63,685 bases of DNA, filler included, from Octopus bimaculoides (GCF_001194135.2; 13 parts of 11 records of this genome joined end to end with filler, not necessarily neighbours in it); one strand, 5' to 3'; shown: positions 49,151 to 61,222, counted from the whole stretch's first letter. Notes: a model not told the origin generated them from the letters alone. Numbers and translations: made by a program.

Positions 49151-49629
49151 AGGTAAATACACAAACGTACTTTTACACAGACGAAAGTACACACACAGTG
49201 ACAAACATATGCACAAACAGAAAATAAAAACAGTAACACATAACTATTGGAAGCTGAAAAAATGTGAACAGACGAACAGTTACGACAAGAATGCATTGAA
49301 ATAATACTTAGTAACATGGAGAATAGCGAAATAATATTAACATTCCTTGTATTAACAAAGCGAAAAAATAAAAGAGTAATACAGAAAAAAACTGAAAGAA
49401 AACAAATCGTACACCTTCGCTTCACTTCGTTATAAAGTCGAATGCACAAACAGACGCAGAAATAATCCAACACATGATCATACATATACATATGTCTAAA
49501 GAGATATAGACATGTGTATATGCTCACAAAAACATACTGATAGCGATGGTACACATTTAAAATCAAAAGCATGTGTTTAATTGTTGGGCTGAGAAGAGGT
49601 CGAACGATCAAAACTATATTCGTCTTTTA

Positions 49630-49800
49630 ATCGTCTAGTTGTTCAAGTCATTGGAGTGAGGCCATGCTGGGGCAACGCCTTGAAGGGTTTGGGGGTGGGG
49701 TGCTTCTGCCGGACCGCCAAGTCACGGGGAGGTAAACAAACCAATGTCGGTTGTGAAAGGGCGAGGAGTGGTCCAGCGCAAACAAAAAGACACACACATA
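49630..49800 (-). mobile_element. SINE family A, 3' module variant
   Basis: GGCCATGCTGGGGCAACGCC...GGACCGCCAAGTCACGGG...CGGTTGTGAAAG. Confidence 0.6.
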
Positions 49801-49922
49801 TTGACTCACATGCATACATACATATATACATGCATACAAACAACACATAAATATACATACATATACAAACATATATCTCTATATCCACACACACATATCT
49901 CTCTCTGTCAGTCTGTCTATCC

Positions 49923-49977
<55 letters not shown>

Positions 49978-50292
49978 CATCTATCCATCTATCTATCTAT
50001 CCATCCATCTATCTATCTATGAAGATAATTATAAGCTTAACAATCATCCACGCACTACACCACCGAAACACATCAAAATAGTTCACATCACACAAACGCA
50101 GCACCACACACTCAAAACCCTCTTTCCAAATGCGGTTGGGGGGTTCCAAAAATATTTATCAAAGAAACTCTTCAAAAACCTCATCCAAGATACTTCAAAA
50201 GAAGAGGAAGCTAAAACTTTCGAAACGAGTAAGTAACCTTCTCTCTTGTCTCTTTTACTGTCGTGTATGAAACACAAATTTCGACTTCAACT

Positions 50293-50665
50293 ATGCTTAA
50301 ATTAGGTTGTGTAAATGTACGTGGCTTGGCGTCAGCTTGGAAGCAAGGTTACCTTCTAAATGACATCAAGTCACAGAACATAGAAATCATGGCTATCAGT
50401 GNNNNNNNNNNNNNNNNNNTCAGTAACCCGCGGGCCCTCAAGTCCATGTTTGGTGGACATTTCGACATTTATTTTTCTCCCTGTCTACCAAACATGGGTG
50501 GTGGTGGTACCGCGGTGCTTTTTCGGAAGAGTCTGAACCTAAAACTAAGGCCAATATTCCTAGACCCGGAGGGTAGGCTGGTTGTCTTGGACGTCGATGG
50601 CACAAACGGGTGTGCTTTCCGTCTGGTGGCAGTGTATGCACCGTCCTTAACGGGTCGGGCGGATT
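50293..50665 (+). mobile_element. L1/Tx1-type LINE ORF2 start (APE endonuclease), truncated by a SINE tail
   Basis: MLKLGCVNVRGL...IEIMAIS...GGGGTAVLF...DPEGRLVVLDV...FRLVAVYAP. Confidence 0.8.
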
Positions 50666-50740
50666 TGCTCGACTTAAGGCGGTGCTCCAGCATGGCCGCA
50701 GTCAAATGACTGAAACAAGTAACAGAATAAAAGAATGAAA
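50660..50740 (+). mobile_element. SINE family A 3' end
   Basis: GATTTGCTCGACTTAAGGCGGTGCTCCAGCATGGCCGCAGTCAAATGACTG. Confidence 0.85.
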
Positions 50741-51544
50741 GAATATTAATGTGTGTTTGTGCGTGCGTGTGTATATCTGTGTGCGTGCGTGCGTGCGTGT
50801 GTGTGTGTGCCTGTGTGTGTGTGTAAAAGAGCTAAATTGCTCGCTTTGTTTTAATTCACATCTATCAGTAAATAAATTATTATATATTGCACTTTAGTAA
50901 TATATATCTAACACTTCTGAAAACAACGACAGCAGCAGCAGCAGTAACAACAACAACAACAGAATGAAGATCGTAGCCACATTAACCCCCCCCCCCGAAA
51001 ATAGAGTAGAANNNNNNNNNNCCACATTAACCCCCCCCCCCGAAAATAGAGTAGAAAACAACAGAATTTAGAAAGCGTTGCTTCTCAGCTGTTGTGCAAG
51101 AGTACACTTACTTCATCATTGTTCAAGATTCTCACCAAACTCTTCAGCCTGCTTAATTCTTCACACAGCTATTGTCTTCATCACAGAAGCACGCACACGC
51201 GCGCACGCACACGCGCGCACGCACACACATATATATACATACATACTACATGCATATGTGCATATCTATTTATAAACTCACGCATATATTATGTGTGTAA
51301 GCGTGAGTAGTTATACATGTGTGGGTACATGTAGGCATGCATGTACCTCTCTCTCTCTCTCTCTCACTATANNNNNNNNNNNNNNNNNNNNNNNNNNNNN
51401 NNNNNNNNNNNNNNNTTAATTAATTAANNNNNNNNNNNNNNNNNNNNNNNNNNNNNNNNNNNNNNNNNNNNCGTACGTACATACATACATACATACATGC
51501 ATACATACATACATACATAGATACATATATATATATATATAGTA

Positions 51545-51662
51545 AAACCTACCCCCAAAAAACGAAGAACAAACACAAACAAAAGAACATCAACGCGTGG
51601 TACATGCAAAGTATTATCAGACGCTCAGGGAAGGAAAGAAAGGTGATTTAACGTTTCGAGCA
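51545..51662 (-). mobile_element. Penelope pLTR-like repeat truncated inside a hammerhead (CTC-GAAACGTT half only)
   Basis: Homologous to 24545-24670. Confidence 0.45.
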
Positions 51663-51965
51663 TACATGCATACATACATAAATGCATACATAATACCATA
51701 TGTAAATGCTTACACACATTCCATTCATACATATATTCATGTATACGTACAGTAGTCCAGTTATAATATATTATATATAGTATGGAGATATTGCACATGT
51801 CTTTGTTAGTGTGATTATGGCCTGTTACAGATGTGTGCATTCTTTTACCTGGACATATGATGCATCAGATATTGGAATGTATATGAGTATATTAAATCTA
51901 TCTTCATACAGAAGAATGTTTATGCGTCCAAGCTTATTTGTGCACACATGTGTTTTTGCATGTTT

Positions 51966-52012
<47 letters not shown>

Positions 52013-52040
52013 CATACATGCATATATATATATATATACA

Positions 52041-52076
<36 letters not shown>

Positions 52077-53254
52077 TATATGTGTATNNNNNNNNNNNNN
52101 NNNNNNNNNNNNNNNNNNNNNNNNNNNNNNNNNNNNNNNNNNNNNNNNNNNNNNNNNNNNNNNNNNNNNNNNNNNNNNNNNNNNNNNNNNNNNNNNNNNN
52201 NNNNNNNNNNNNNNNNNNNNNNNNNNNNNNNNNNNNNNNNNNNNNNNNNNNNNNNNNNNNNNNNNNNNNNNNNNNNNNNNNNNNNNNNNNNNNNNNNNNN
52301 NNNNNNNNNNNNNNNNNNNNNNNNNNNNNNNNNNNNNNNNNNNNNNNNNNNNNNNNNNNNNNNNNNNNNNNNNNNNNNNNNNNNNNNNNNNNNNNNNNNN
52401 NNNNNNNNNNNNNNNNNNNNNNNNNNNNNNNNNNNNNNNNNNNNNNATACATATAATAATAATAATAATAATAATTGTTACATTAATCCACATTGTATAT
52501 TATATTATTCCCAACATATTTTGTTGAAGCATAGACATGAATTTAACATACTCATGTTTCTAGAATGTCTCATTACTTTCTACTTAACATAATTCTTTCT
52601 TTAAGAAATTCCCATACAATGAACTACAGTTGTCCATATTTAAGCAAATTTTCTTCGTTAACATTGCTAAATATTGAAGAAAATTCTACAAATATTACAC
52701 AAAATAAGTAAAAAAAAAAAAATTATATTTTCAGTCATTCAAAGAACCATGCTGTATTTTTGAACAATTAATGAAAATTATATCTCAGTTTTTCAAAAGC
52801 GATTTTCGATGTATATTCAATCACTACCTTTCATTTATGTATTGAAATGATCAATCTTGTGTTATTTAAGAAACGGACTCACCCTGCCACTTCGTGGTAG
52901 GTCATCTTCATCGTCGTAAATTCCATCGTCATATTCGTACTCGGCTGCTGCAACTCTTAGTTCCCTGATGGACACTGCTAGAATAAGAAATACCAAAACT
53001 ATACGGTATTTGGCATCCATTTTATTATTTATATAAATTTATATATACATATATAAATTTATATCTGTTATATATTTTAAATAGATTATTTTTTCCTTTT
53101 CGTTGTTGTGTTTTGCTCATCAAACTGATGAGATCGATTTGAAAGGCGAAAGAGCAACTCAATGTGAGTGTTACTTAGGAAAAAAAAAAACAAAACAAAA
53201 AAAAAAGTCTGCCAGGAGAATCAGGACTGAGAATTATGCGAAGACCACTGACAG

Positions 53255-53523
53255 CAGCAACATCAACACAAGCAGTTGTTGTTGACTGCAGCAGCAGCAG
53301 CAGCAGTAGTCGTTGCAGCAGCTGCAACAACAGCAGCAGCAACGATGCCCAATGACAGTTGCAACAACAGCAGCAGCAGCAAACACTTGTGATTGTAATA
53401 ACGATGGTAGCGGTGGTAGTATATATGGTTGTAGCGATGGTGATGGTGGTGGTGTTTGGAGTTTTGGTGTCTGTGATGGTGGTTGTGGTGGTCTTGGTGG
53501 TAGTTGTGGTGGTAGTTTCTGAG
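53255..53523. repeat. (CAG/CAA)n then (GTG/GTT)n low-complexity trinucleotide mosaic
   Basis: Direct inspection. Confidence 0.85.
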
Positions 53524-53623
53524 NNNNNNNNNNNNNNNNNNNNNNNNNNNNNNNNNNNNNNNNNNNNTTAATTAATTAANNNNNNNNNNNNNNNNNNNNN
53601 NNNNNNNNNNNNNNNNNNNNNNN

Positions 53624-54480
53624 CAACATGACTTTTTGATCCCTTGTTCTGAATGTCCTCAGTATCCACCCTGCCAGCTGTCTGCACTTTACTGTCAACT
53701 TGACAATGTGCATGTGAAATGATGCATCACTACACATGCTGATACCCAGGTCTCTCACTGCTTGTGGTTCTGGGATTGCAGTACCTCCAGGTCCTGTGTA
53801 TGCCAGGTGGGGGGCACTTGTGGCCTTGTAGCGCAGTACTTGAAATTTTTTAGCATTGAACTGCATATTATTTTGCTCTGCCCACTTGTATATTGCATTT
53901 AGGTCATTCTGCAGGCTTACGACATCATCAGGATTCTTTATTGCCTGAGACAGTTTTGCGTCATCAGCGTAGCTAGTGACAGTGGCTCTCCGAGTGACCG
54001 TGGGCATGTCCAGAAGGGCTACTATGAACAGTAGTGGCCCCAGGACAGTTACTTGCGGAATACCGCTCAATATGTGCGTTTCCCTAGATAATTCTCCATT
54101 GGCTGCAACTGTCTGGTTTCTCCCATTCAGGAAGTCATGCAGCCACTCTCCTAATTTACCAGCTATGCCAAGGTTTCGCAGCTTGTGATATATCATGCCA
54201 TGATCAACTTTCTCAAAGGCCTTTGCAAAGTCGAGATATATCACATCAAGATTTGAATGGTCAAGTAACTGCTTCAGGGCCCAGTCATAATGTGGCAAGA
54301 GCTGCGTGAGGCAGCTTCTACCTGGATGGAAACCATGCTGGGTCTCATTCAGAGTGGTGCCACTAATTCTTGTTTACATGACTTTTGGAGGACAGCTGGG
54401 AAACCATCGGGGCCAGTTGCCGAATCTGAGCTAATTTCATTTATGGCCGCTATTACATCTTCCTCTATATACATATAGGA
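53624..54480 (-). mobile_element. CR1/L2-group LINE reverse transcriptase fragment
   Basis: SATGPDGFPA...DVIYLDFAKAFEKVDH...SGIPQVTVLGPLLF...SYADDAKL...MQFNAKKFQVL...GWILRTF. Confidence 0.9.
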
Positions 54481-54559
54481 GAGTATTGTAGTTCGCTTGA
54501 AGCATTGTGTGTTGTTTGTAAAAAAATAATATCTTGAATGGCAAAACAATGCACTATAA

Positions 54560-54780
54560 CAACAATGTACGATGTGGAAAATATACCACCAGCATTGCCC
54601 AAACGACCTGAATATTAGTTTCAAGGTTCTTCCAAGGCTGGGACCACAGGCCATACGTCCCCTGCCCAATTCAGGATCTCAACATATAGGTACACTGCAG
54701 CATAATTTCTTTTCCTCAATAAGCCCTGCCCTGTTTAACATTGTCCCGAAACAGATAAAAGAGGAAACAGATTCTGCAAA
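54560..54780 (+). mobile_element. CR1-like LINE ORF2 C-terminal fragment, opposite orientation to the adjacent RT
   Basis: MWKIYHQHCPND...FFSSISPALFNIVPKQIK. Confidence 0.5.
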
Positions 54781-54789
54781 TGAAAAAGA

Positions 54790-55020
54790 AGGAGGCAGTT
54801 AACTGGAAAGGCCAAACTTTAGAAATAGTCCCACAGGCTTCAAACGAAACCCAGGAAAATTTGCCAGATAGGGTGTTTGTAGGGGAGGGGCTATCGATGA
54901 GAGTAGCCATGGAGGGACGTAGGCCCCGATGTTTCAAGTGTGGAGAGAAGAGCCACATTCACTCCAAATGTACAAAAAATAAAAAAGAGAATGCGGTCCC
55001 TCCCCAAAAAAGCTGGAAAG
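54790..55020 (+). mobile_element. LINE ORF1/Gag-like zinc knuckle fragment (L1/Tx1-like)
   Basis: VAMEGRRPRCFKCGEKSHIHSKC (CX2CX4HX4C). Confidence 0.65.
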
Positions 55021-55253
55021 AAAGCAGAAAAGAAAACAAACGAAAATACAGATGTAAAATGTAATGTTCACGTTGCTTAATTAAATGGAGTCGCATGAAA
55101 TGATCATACTGCATTAAATTTGGATATCCTTGTTGCTTATTTTGATTTTAATCACATTATTTTGAAACTCTATGAATAAAACTATACTTATTTCGGGGGC
55201 CTAAACTTAAGTACCATATTCACCTGCATCTAAATTTTTTACGGAACTTATAT

Positions 55254-55660
55254 AGGCGAAGGAGTGGCTGTGTGGTAAGTAGCTTGCTTACCAACCACAT
55301 GGTTCCGGGTTCAGTCCCACTGCGTGGCACCTTGGACAAGTGTCTTCTACTATAGTCTCGGGCCGACCAAAGCCTTGTGAGTGGATTTGGTAGACGGAAG
55401 CTGAAAGAAGCCCGTCGTATACATGTACATATATATATGTGTGTGTGTGTGTGTGTTTTGTGTCTGTGTTTGTCCCCCCAACATCGCTTGACAACCTATG
55501 CTGGTGTGTTTACGTCCCCGAAACTTAGCAGTTTGGCATAAGAGACCGATAGAATAAGTACTAGGCTTACAAAGAATAAGTCCTGGGATCGATTTGCTCG
55601 ACTAAAGGCGGTGCTCCAGCATGGCTGCAGTCAAATAAGATGGAAACAAGTAAAAGAGTA
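55254..55660 (+). mobile_element. Full-length, near-consensus SINE family A
   Basis: A-box TGGCTGTGTGG, B-box GGTTCAGTCCC, GCACCTTGGACAAGT CORE-like motif, internal (TA)n(GT)n, 3' module and tail. Confidence 0.95.
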
Positions 55661-55670
55661 TCTACATATA

Positions 55671-56301
55671 TGTAGTGAAACCACCTCTCGGTTATTTATT
55701 TACAAATGCGAACGTAGCCGGTAACACCTCTCTCTTTCCCACCTTGGACCCTGTTGTGTCATCACCCTGACTGACTCTTATTTGCGCGGCATTTGTCTCC
55801 AGTTCTGTTTCGTGCCAGGGTGCATACGGACCAATCGTGGCCATCTAATAAGGTCACGTGAGAGAGTGTTTTTCTAATGTTTCTGGAGCCTCTTTGTATC
55901 TATAAATAGCTTGCTTTATCCTCGCCAGTTTGTCGCGGCTTCAGCCCTTCTAAGGTCTGGTCGTTGACCACGTAACACCAACCAGCCAGTTTCCAGCGAC
56001 GACATCAACACCATCGTTCAACTGTTTACTACAAGCTTCGTTGCCAACGTCAACACGACATCTCTACGTACACAAGCTACCAACAGCAACCGCAGCTTCT
56101 CTCAACCCTGTTTGTGTGAATTGTTTACCACGAAATAACAGCCAGAATTCGACACCTGCGAGAAACCATCTGTATCAAGTATCCGGTCGGCATAGAAGCC
56201 TCAACTGCACAAGTGACTTAGCTCTGCCTCAACCTCTTATATACAGACTTACAATCTACTGTGTACCTTAACTGAGAACTGGTATTTCTTATCCGTGTTA
56301 C
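55671..56301 (+). mobile_element. Probable LTR of an LTR retrotransposon, solo or 5' LTR ending at a gap
   Basis: Starts TGTAGT, ends TGTTAC then N; CCAAT at 55831, GTCACGTG at 55853, TATAAATA at 55901. Confidence 0.65.
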
Positions 56302-56454
56302 NNNNNNNNNNNNNNNNNNNNNNNNNNNNNNNNNNNNNNNNNNNNNNNNNNNNNNNNNNNNNNNNNNNNNNNNNNNNNNNNNNNNNNNNNNNNNNNNNNN
56401 NTTCTTTATTCAAAATTCGGACAGAACTTATGGGATGACCTGATATAATTCTCA

Positions 56455-57048
56455 TAAATGGTTGTGTGAAAGAGCAATTCTTGCTCCAAAAAATGAGACA
56501 CTAGCAAGGATTAACCATGAATTTAATAAGATTCCAACAGTCATTAAGGAGTAGAAATTAGTTGATTCAGTCCTTGATGAAAATCAAGCTGTCCATTACC
56601 CAACAGAGTTCCTTAATTCTCTTGAGCCACCTGGAACTCTTCCACACAAACCTTTTCTGAAGGTAGGAGTCTTAATAATGCTTCTAAGAAATTTAGATCT
56701 TTCTTAATTATGCAATGAGACAAGGTTGATTGTGAAGACATTATCACCTAATGTGATAGAAGCTACCATCATCACTGGATGTGCATGAGGGGAAGAGGTT
56801 TTCATTCCAAGAATTCCAGTCAAACCAATAAACACAATTCCCAACTTTGCTTCACAATGTCTATTAATAAAGCTCAATGTCAGACTTTGAGATCTGCTGG
56901 GTTGCACTTAATTGAGCCTTGCTTTTCTCATGGTCAACTTTATGTTGGTTGCTCCAGGGTTGATAGTTTGCAAGACTTATTTTTCTATGCTCCAAACCAG
57001 AAAACAAAAAATTTTGTTTACCCAGAAGCTCTTACGAAATTTCCTTAA
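56455..57048 (+). mobile_element. Helitron PIF1-like helicase C-terminal third, decayed
   Basis: LCERAILAPKNE...YPTEFLNSLEPPG...LLRNLD...CNETRL...FIPRIP...FTMSINKAQCQTL...FSHGQLYVGCSRV...VYPEAL. Confidence 0.9.
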
Positions 57049-57366
57049 ACATATGTGATAGAATTTATTTCCCTTCATAAAAGTGGTAAATTTTATATTT
57101 TCATTTATTATTATTATTATTATTATTGTATTATGAATTNNNNNNNNNNNNNNNNNNNNNNNNNNNNNNNNNNNNNNNNNNNNTTAATTAATTAANNNNN
57201 NNNNNNNNNNNNNNNNNNNNNNNNNNNNNNNNNNNNNNNAAACACCGACGCAGACACACACACACACATATATATACATATATATGCGTGTATTGTGTAT
57301 GTGTGAGCACGTGCGTCCGTCTGTTTGGTTCTATGTGTATGTGTGTGTATATATATATATATATAT

Positions 57367-57627
57367 AAAGAATGAGATAAAGAGACCAATGGCATAAATA
57401 AATACTTTTGGAATGGAACTCCAAGTACTTTTTCTTATTTGTTTTTTCTTCTCCGCATCGCTCTCATTTCTTACTGCAAATCTACTCATACAGATATAAT
57501 AATCCTTATCTTCTACTATTACCGTCTCCGATGAAGGGATACATTGAATTTTCCCTGAAACAGCTGTAAGACATTCTACATAAAATATAAATTTATTTAT
57601 GCCATTGGTCTCTTTTTCTCATTCTTT
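57367..57627 (+). mobile_element. ~260-bp element with 37-bp inverted repeats (1 mismatch) in a (TA)n context, carrying a hammerhead
   Basis: AAAGAATGAGATAAAGAGACCAATGGCATAAATAAAT (57367-57403) and its reverse complement at 57591-57627. Confidence 0.75.
57524..57572 (+). ncRNA. Minimal type I hammerhead ribozyme, Penelope-type, U4C variant
   Basis: GTCT-CCGATGA-AGGGA-12 nt-TCCCT-GAA-AC-AGCT-GT-A|AGAC; all three stems pair; stem III is the palindrome ACAGCTGT. Confidence 0.75.
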
Positions 57628-58255
57628 TTTATATATACACACGCTAATCCACGACTCATGCTATATACCCCATTCATGTTGCAACCACATCTGGGGCAAA
57701 ACTAGTCGGTATACAGCAATTACTCGGTATTACCTGTATCGTTCGGGTCTGGTTGACTCCATTACCCTTCATAACCTTTATGTATATATATATATATAAT
57801 GTGCATATATGTATGCACACATACACACACACTCACACACAAACACACACACACACACANNNNNNNNNNNNNNNNNNNNNNNNNNNNNNNNNNNNNNNNN
57901 NNNNNNNNNNNNNNNNNNNNNNNNNNNNNNNNNNNNNNNNNNNNNNNNNNNNNNNNNNNNNNNNNNNNNNNNNNNNNNNNNNNNNNNNNNNNNNNNNNNN
58001 NNNNNNNNNNNNNNNNNNNNNNNNNNNNNNNNNNNNNNNNNNNNNNNNNNNNNNNNNNNNNNNNNNNNNNNNNNNNNNNNNNNNNNNNNNNNNNNNNNNN
58101 NNNNNNNNNNNNNNNNNNNNNNNNNNNNNNNNNNNNNNNNNNNNNAGTGGATTTGTTAAACCGAAACTGGAAGAAGCCAGTCGTGTATGTATGTGTATAT
58201 ATATATATATAATGTGCATATATGTATGCACACATACACACACACTCACACACAA

Positions 58256-58313
<58 letters not shown>

Positions 58314-58379
58314 TATATGAGTATATGCATATATATGTACATGTATGTACATACCTTCATCTACATGTATATATAGATG

Positions 58380-58680
58380 CATATCTGGGTACATGACGTT
58401 GCAAAAAAAACATGAACAAAATGATAAACAAGGTACAAAAAACACACAGGGCACATAGAGAACATTTCCTTCATCAGCTGCCACCATTATAACACTGGCA
58501 TTTCGAAGAGTTAGGGCAGGACGCATCGTTAAAATGGCTCTTCCCACGGACTCAAATTAAATTTGTTCCATGGAGGAATGTAGTGGCGGACGGAAAACAA
58601 GACAGGAAAACGAAACAGTGAAATAAACAAACAAAGAAGGTGATACGGCCAGACGTGGAGAAGTATGTGTATATTGAACG
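58380..58680 (-). mobile_element. Repeat related to 30230-30600
   Basis: Same motif order TTCATCAG, TTTCGAAG, CGTTAAAA, CTTCCC, CAAATTAAAT, GGAGG, CAGACG. Confidence 0.55.
58464..58526 (-). ncRNA. Candidate non-circularly permuted hammerhead ribozyme, copy 2
   Basis: - strand ATGCGT-C|CTGCC-CTAACT-CTTC-GAA-ATGC-15 nt-GGCAG-CTGATGA-AGGA; stem I differs in sequence from copy 1 but still pairs. Confidence 0.55.
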
Positions 58681-59129
58681 CTGTGAAGCTTCCATTTATA
58701 AAAGTGACATATATTGCCCCACACATTAAGTTTATATATCAGCTTCCTCCTCCTCCTCCTCATCTTCCTCTTCCTCCACCTCCTCTTCCTCTTCCTCCTC
58801 CTCATCATCATCATCGTCATCGTCGTCGTTGTCGTCATCTATGTTCTATGTTAGTATTATTTGGATGGTTTAACAGTATCCGACGTGTCTGAAGACTGTA
58901 TTGTGCTCTAATATCTGATTTGACATGGTTTCTATAGCTGGATGCCCTTCTTAGCACCAACTCCCATACAACATGCATGTTTTAGAGGCACTAGCACTAG
59001 TGAAGCCTGCAAGACTAAGACCCTGTTCGACTAAGTGGGGTTTCAGAAGATAGGGAGACGACTTTATAATCAAAGATGAGAGGTTAAAGCGTGTGAGTAG
59101 GGGTCGGAATAGAAGAGGCTTCTCGCTGT

Positions 59130-59660
59130 AGGATACCTGCATGGCTATTCACATTATAGAAGAGAGGATGGGAGTGGAAGTGATGGGACTAGAAAGAGAT
59201 AAAAGAGTAGAACTGAGAGGGAACAGAACAGACAGAAAGAATGAATCGGTAGAAGTTGCAAGAGTGTATGGAGGAGAGTGAGAGATGGTTAGGGATAGGT
59301 AGTGGATGAGAATGAATATAAGAAAGAACAAGGGTTGAGGGATGGTAAGTATGGAAAGCAACGAAGATGGAAGAGTAGGCGACAACTGTAAAAATTGAGT
59401 TGGATTGAAGTGCATTCAATGATACATATGAGTTGGGGAGTAGGGCAGAGGAAATGAGAGAAAAAGGGTAAGAAGAGCGGAAAAATAGTTATAAAAATAA
59501 TAAGAATACAGTGAACAGGAGAAGAATGAGAGAAGATGGGAGAAAGGAGCAGAGAGAGAGAGAGAGAGACATAGAGAAAGAGAGACATAGAGAGAGAGAG
59601 AGACATAGAGAGAGAGAGACATAGAGAAAGAGAGGCAGGCAGAAGGATAGATAGAAGAGA
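59130..59660. repeat. Purine-rich (GA) low-complexity tract with GAGAGACATAGAGA units
   Basis: Direct inspection. Confidence 0.75.
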
Positions 59661-60269
59661 TGAAGTGTGGTTGGGTGTGTTATAAAACTGTGGCACGACG
59701 TAGTGAACTTAAAGATGGGGAGACATACAGTAGTAGAGGCGAAATATTTGGTAACTCAGCAACGTGATCAGGGCAAAATGTGGATGGGCAGGAAAGTATT
59801 AACAATAACGGACAGATATCAGGTGCAATAGCTCCGGGTAGTGAGAAAGATAATTATTATCAAGAATAAACTGCAAAGGGTGGCATAGGGTTCACAGGCA
59901 AGTTACAACTCGTAACAACAGAGTAGCAAGTGACTGACCCAATGAAAATTACATAGCAATCTCTACTAGGGTATTCTTTTTCTAATTATCAACACTAAAT
60001 GTATATATATATAAATATATGTTGTTGTACTTGGGGATGGTCATATTGCCAGTTTAGCCAATAAAAACACACGCACTGTATATTAAATATATATATATAT
60101 ATATATATACATATATATATNNNNNNNNNNNNNNNNNNNNNNNNNNNNNNNNNNNNNNNNNNNNTTAATTAATTAANNNNNNNNNNNNNNNNNNNNNNNN
60201 NNNNNNNNNNNNNNNNNNNNCAATCTAGTTTTGAGGCACTCTCTCAGTTCTCCAACAGTGACACATTAA

Positions 60270-60720
60270 TATATTTAAGAGTTCAAACATTTTGTCACCC
60301 CATATTTCAAGATTTTTGCACAGATTCTATCAGACCCTGGACACTTATTATTATTCAGCTTATTCACAGCTCAATAGATGTCATTTAGAGTTGGTTCAAA
60401 TGCAATCACTTCTATAACTGGAAGGTGTTCAATTTTTCCATCGTCCTCATGTCAACGGATGATGGTCTATTCAAAAGTGCGGAAAAATATTCTACCCAAC
60501 GCTTATGAATAGAAGCGGTATCAGTCAGAAGAAAACGTCCATTTGCTGTTCTCATTGAAGCTATTGCAGAAGATGTTTGGCCATATACCGCCTTAACATA
60601 AGGCGGTACATGCATATTGTGCCCATTTTGCTCTATCATTCCACCATTCCTGTTTTATTTTCGTTAGAACAGTCTGCACTTTCCTTTTCAGCTTTCTGTA
60701 AGCTCCGTTTGAGAAGGGGT
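60270..60720 (-). mobile_element. RTE-clade LINE ORF fragment (EN-RT linker)
   Basis: KQEWWNDRA...VKAVYG...LLTDTASIHKRWVEYFSALLNRPS...PTLNDI...KCPGSDRI. Confidence 0.75.
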
Positions 60721-61191
60721 TCTAGGACTGAGAAAGAAGTCAAGGCTAAACTAAAGATAAACAACACAATCAAGTATTAAATATTTATAACTTTAAAACA
60801 ATTAAACTCCCGGTGAACTTAATGACCAGAGTAAAAAATATGTCTTGATGTCATATCCTGTTATTGAAACCAGATAATTGTCCTAAAGTTAGTGTAAATA
60901 CTAAATACAAATACAATAATATGAAAGCATATAATTTCTCTGCAAATTGTTTATTTAAGAAACACTTTAACGAAGATGACCTAAATTCTGAAGAATGTAC
61001 ATGCGTATACTTCAAGACACAATGTCATATATTTTCTAGATTCGTATTTTTGCGAAACTACGAAAACTGTCAGACCTATCACAAAGTTATGAATTCAGCA
61101 ATTTTCAATTCACTCACATCTCTGACTAACATCCCTAACTTTGTCCATCTATTTATCAATGTATCTATCTCTATAGATATAGTTAAAGTGT

Positions 61192-61222
<31 letters not shown>

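Noticed and set aside
52955-53010. CTGATGG...CAAAAC hammerhead-like text
   Set aside because: G12 and A9 missing and stems do not pair
53313-53522. PolyQ/polyA-like ORF
   Set aside because: Low-complexity trinucleotide mosaic without splice signals
60864-61200. About 110 open codons in AT-rich DNA
   Set aside because: Starts at a non-ATG codon, has no motif, and its composition mirrors AT bias
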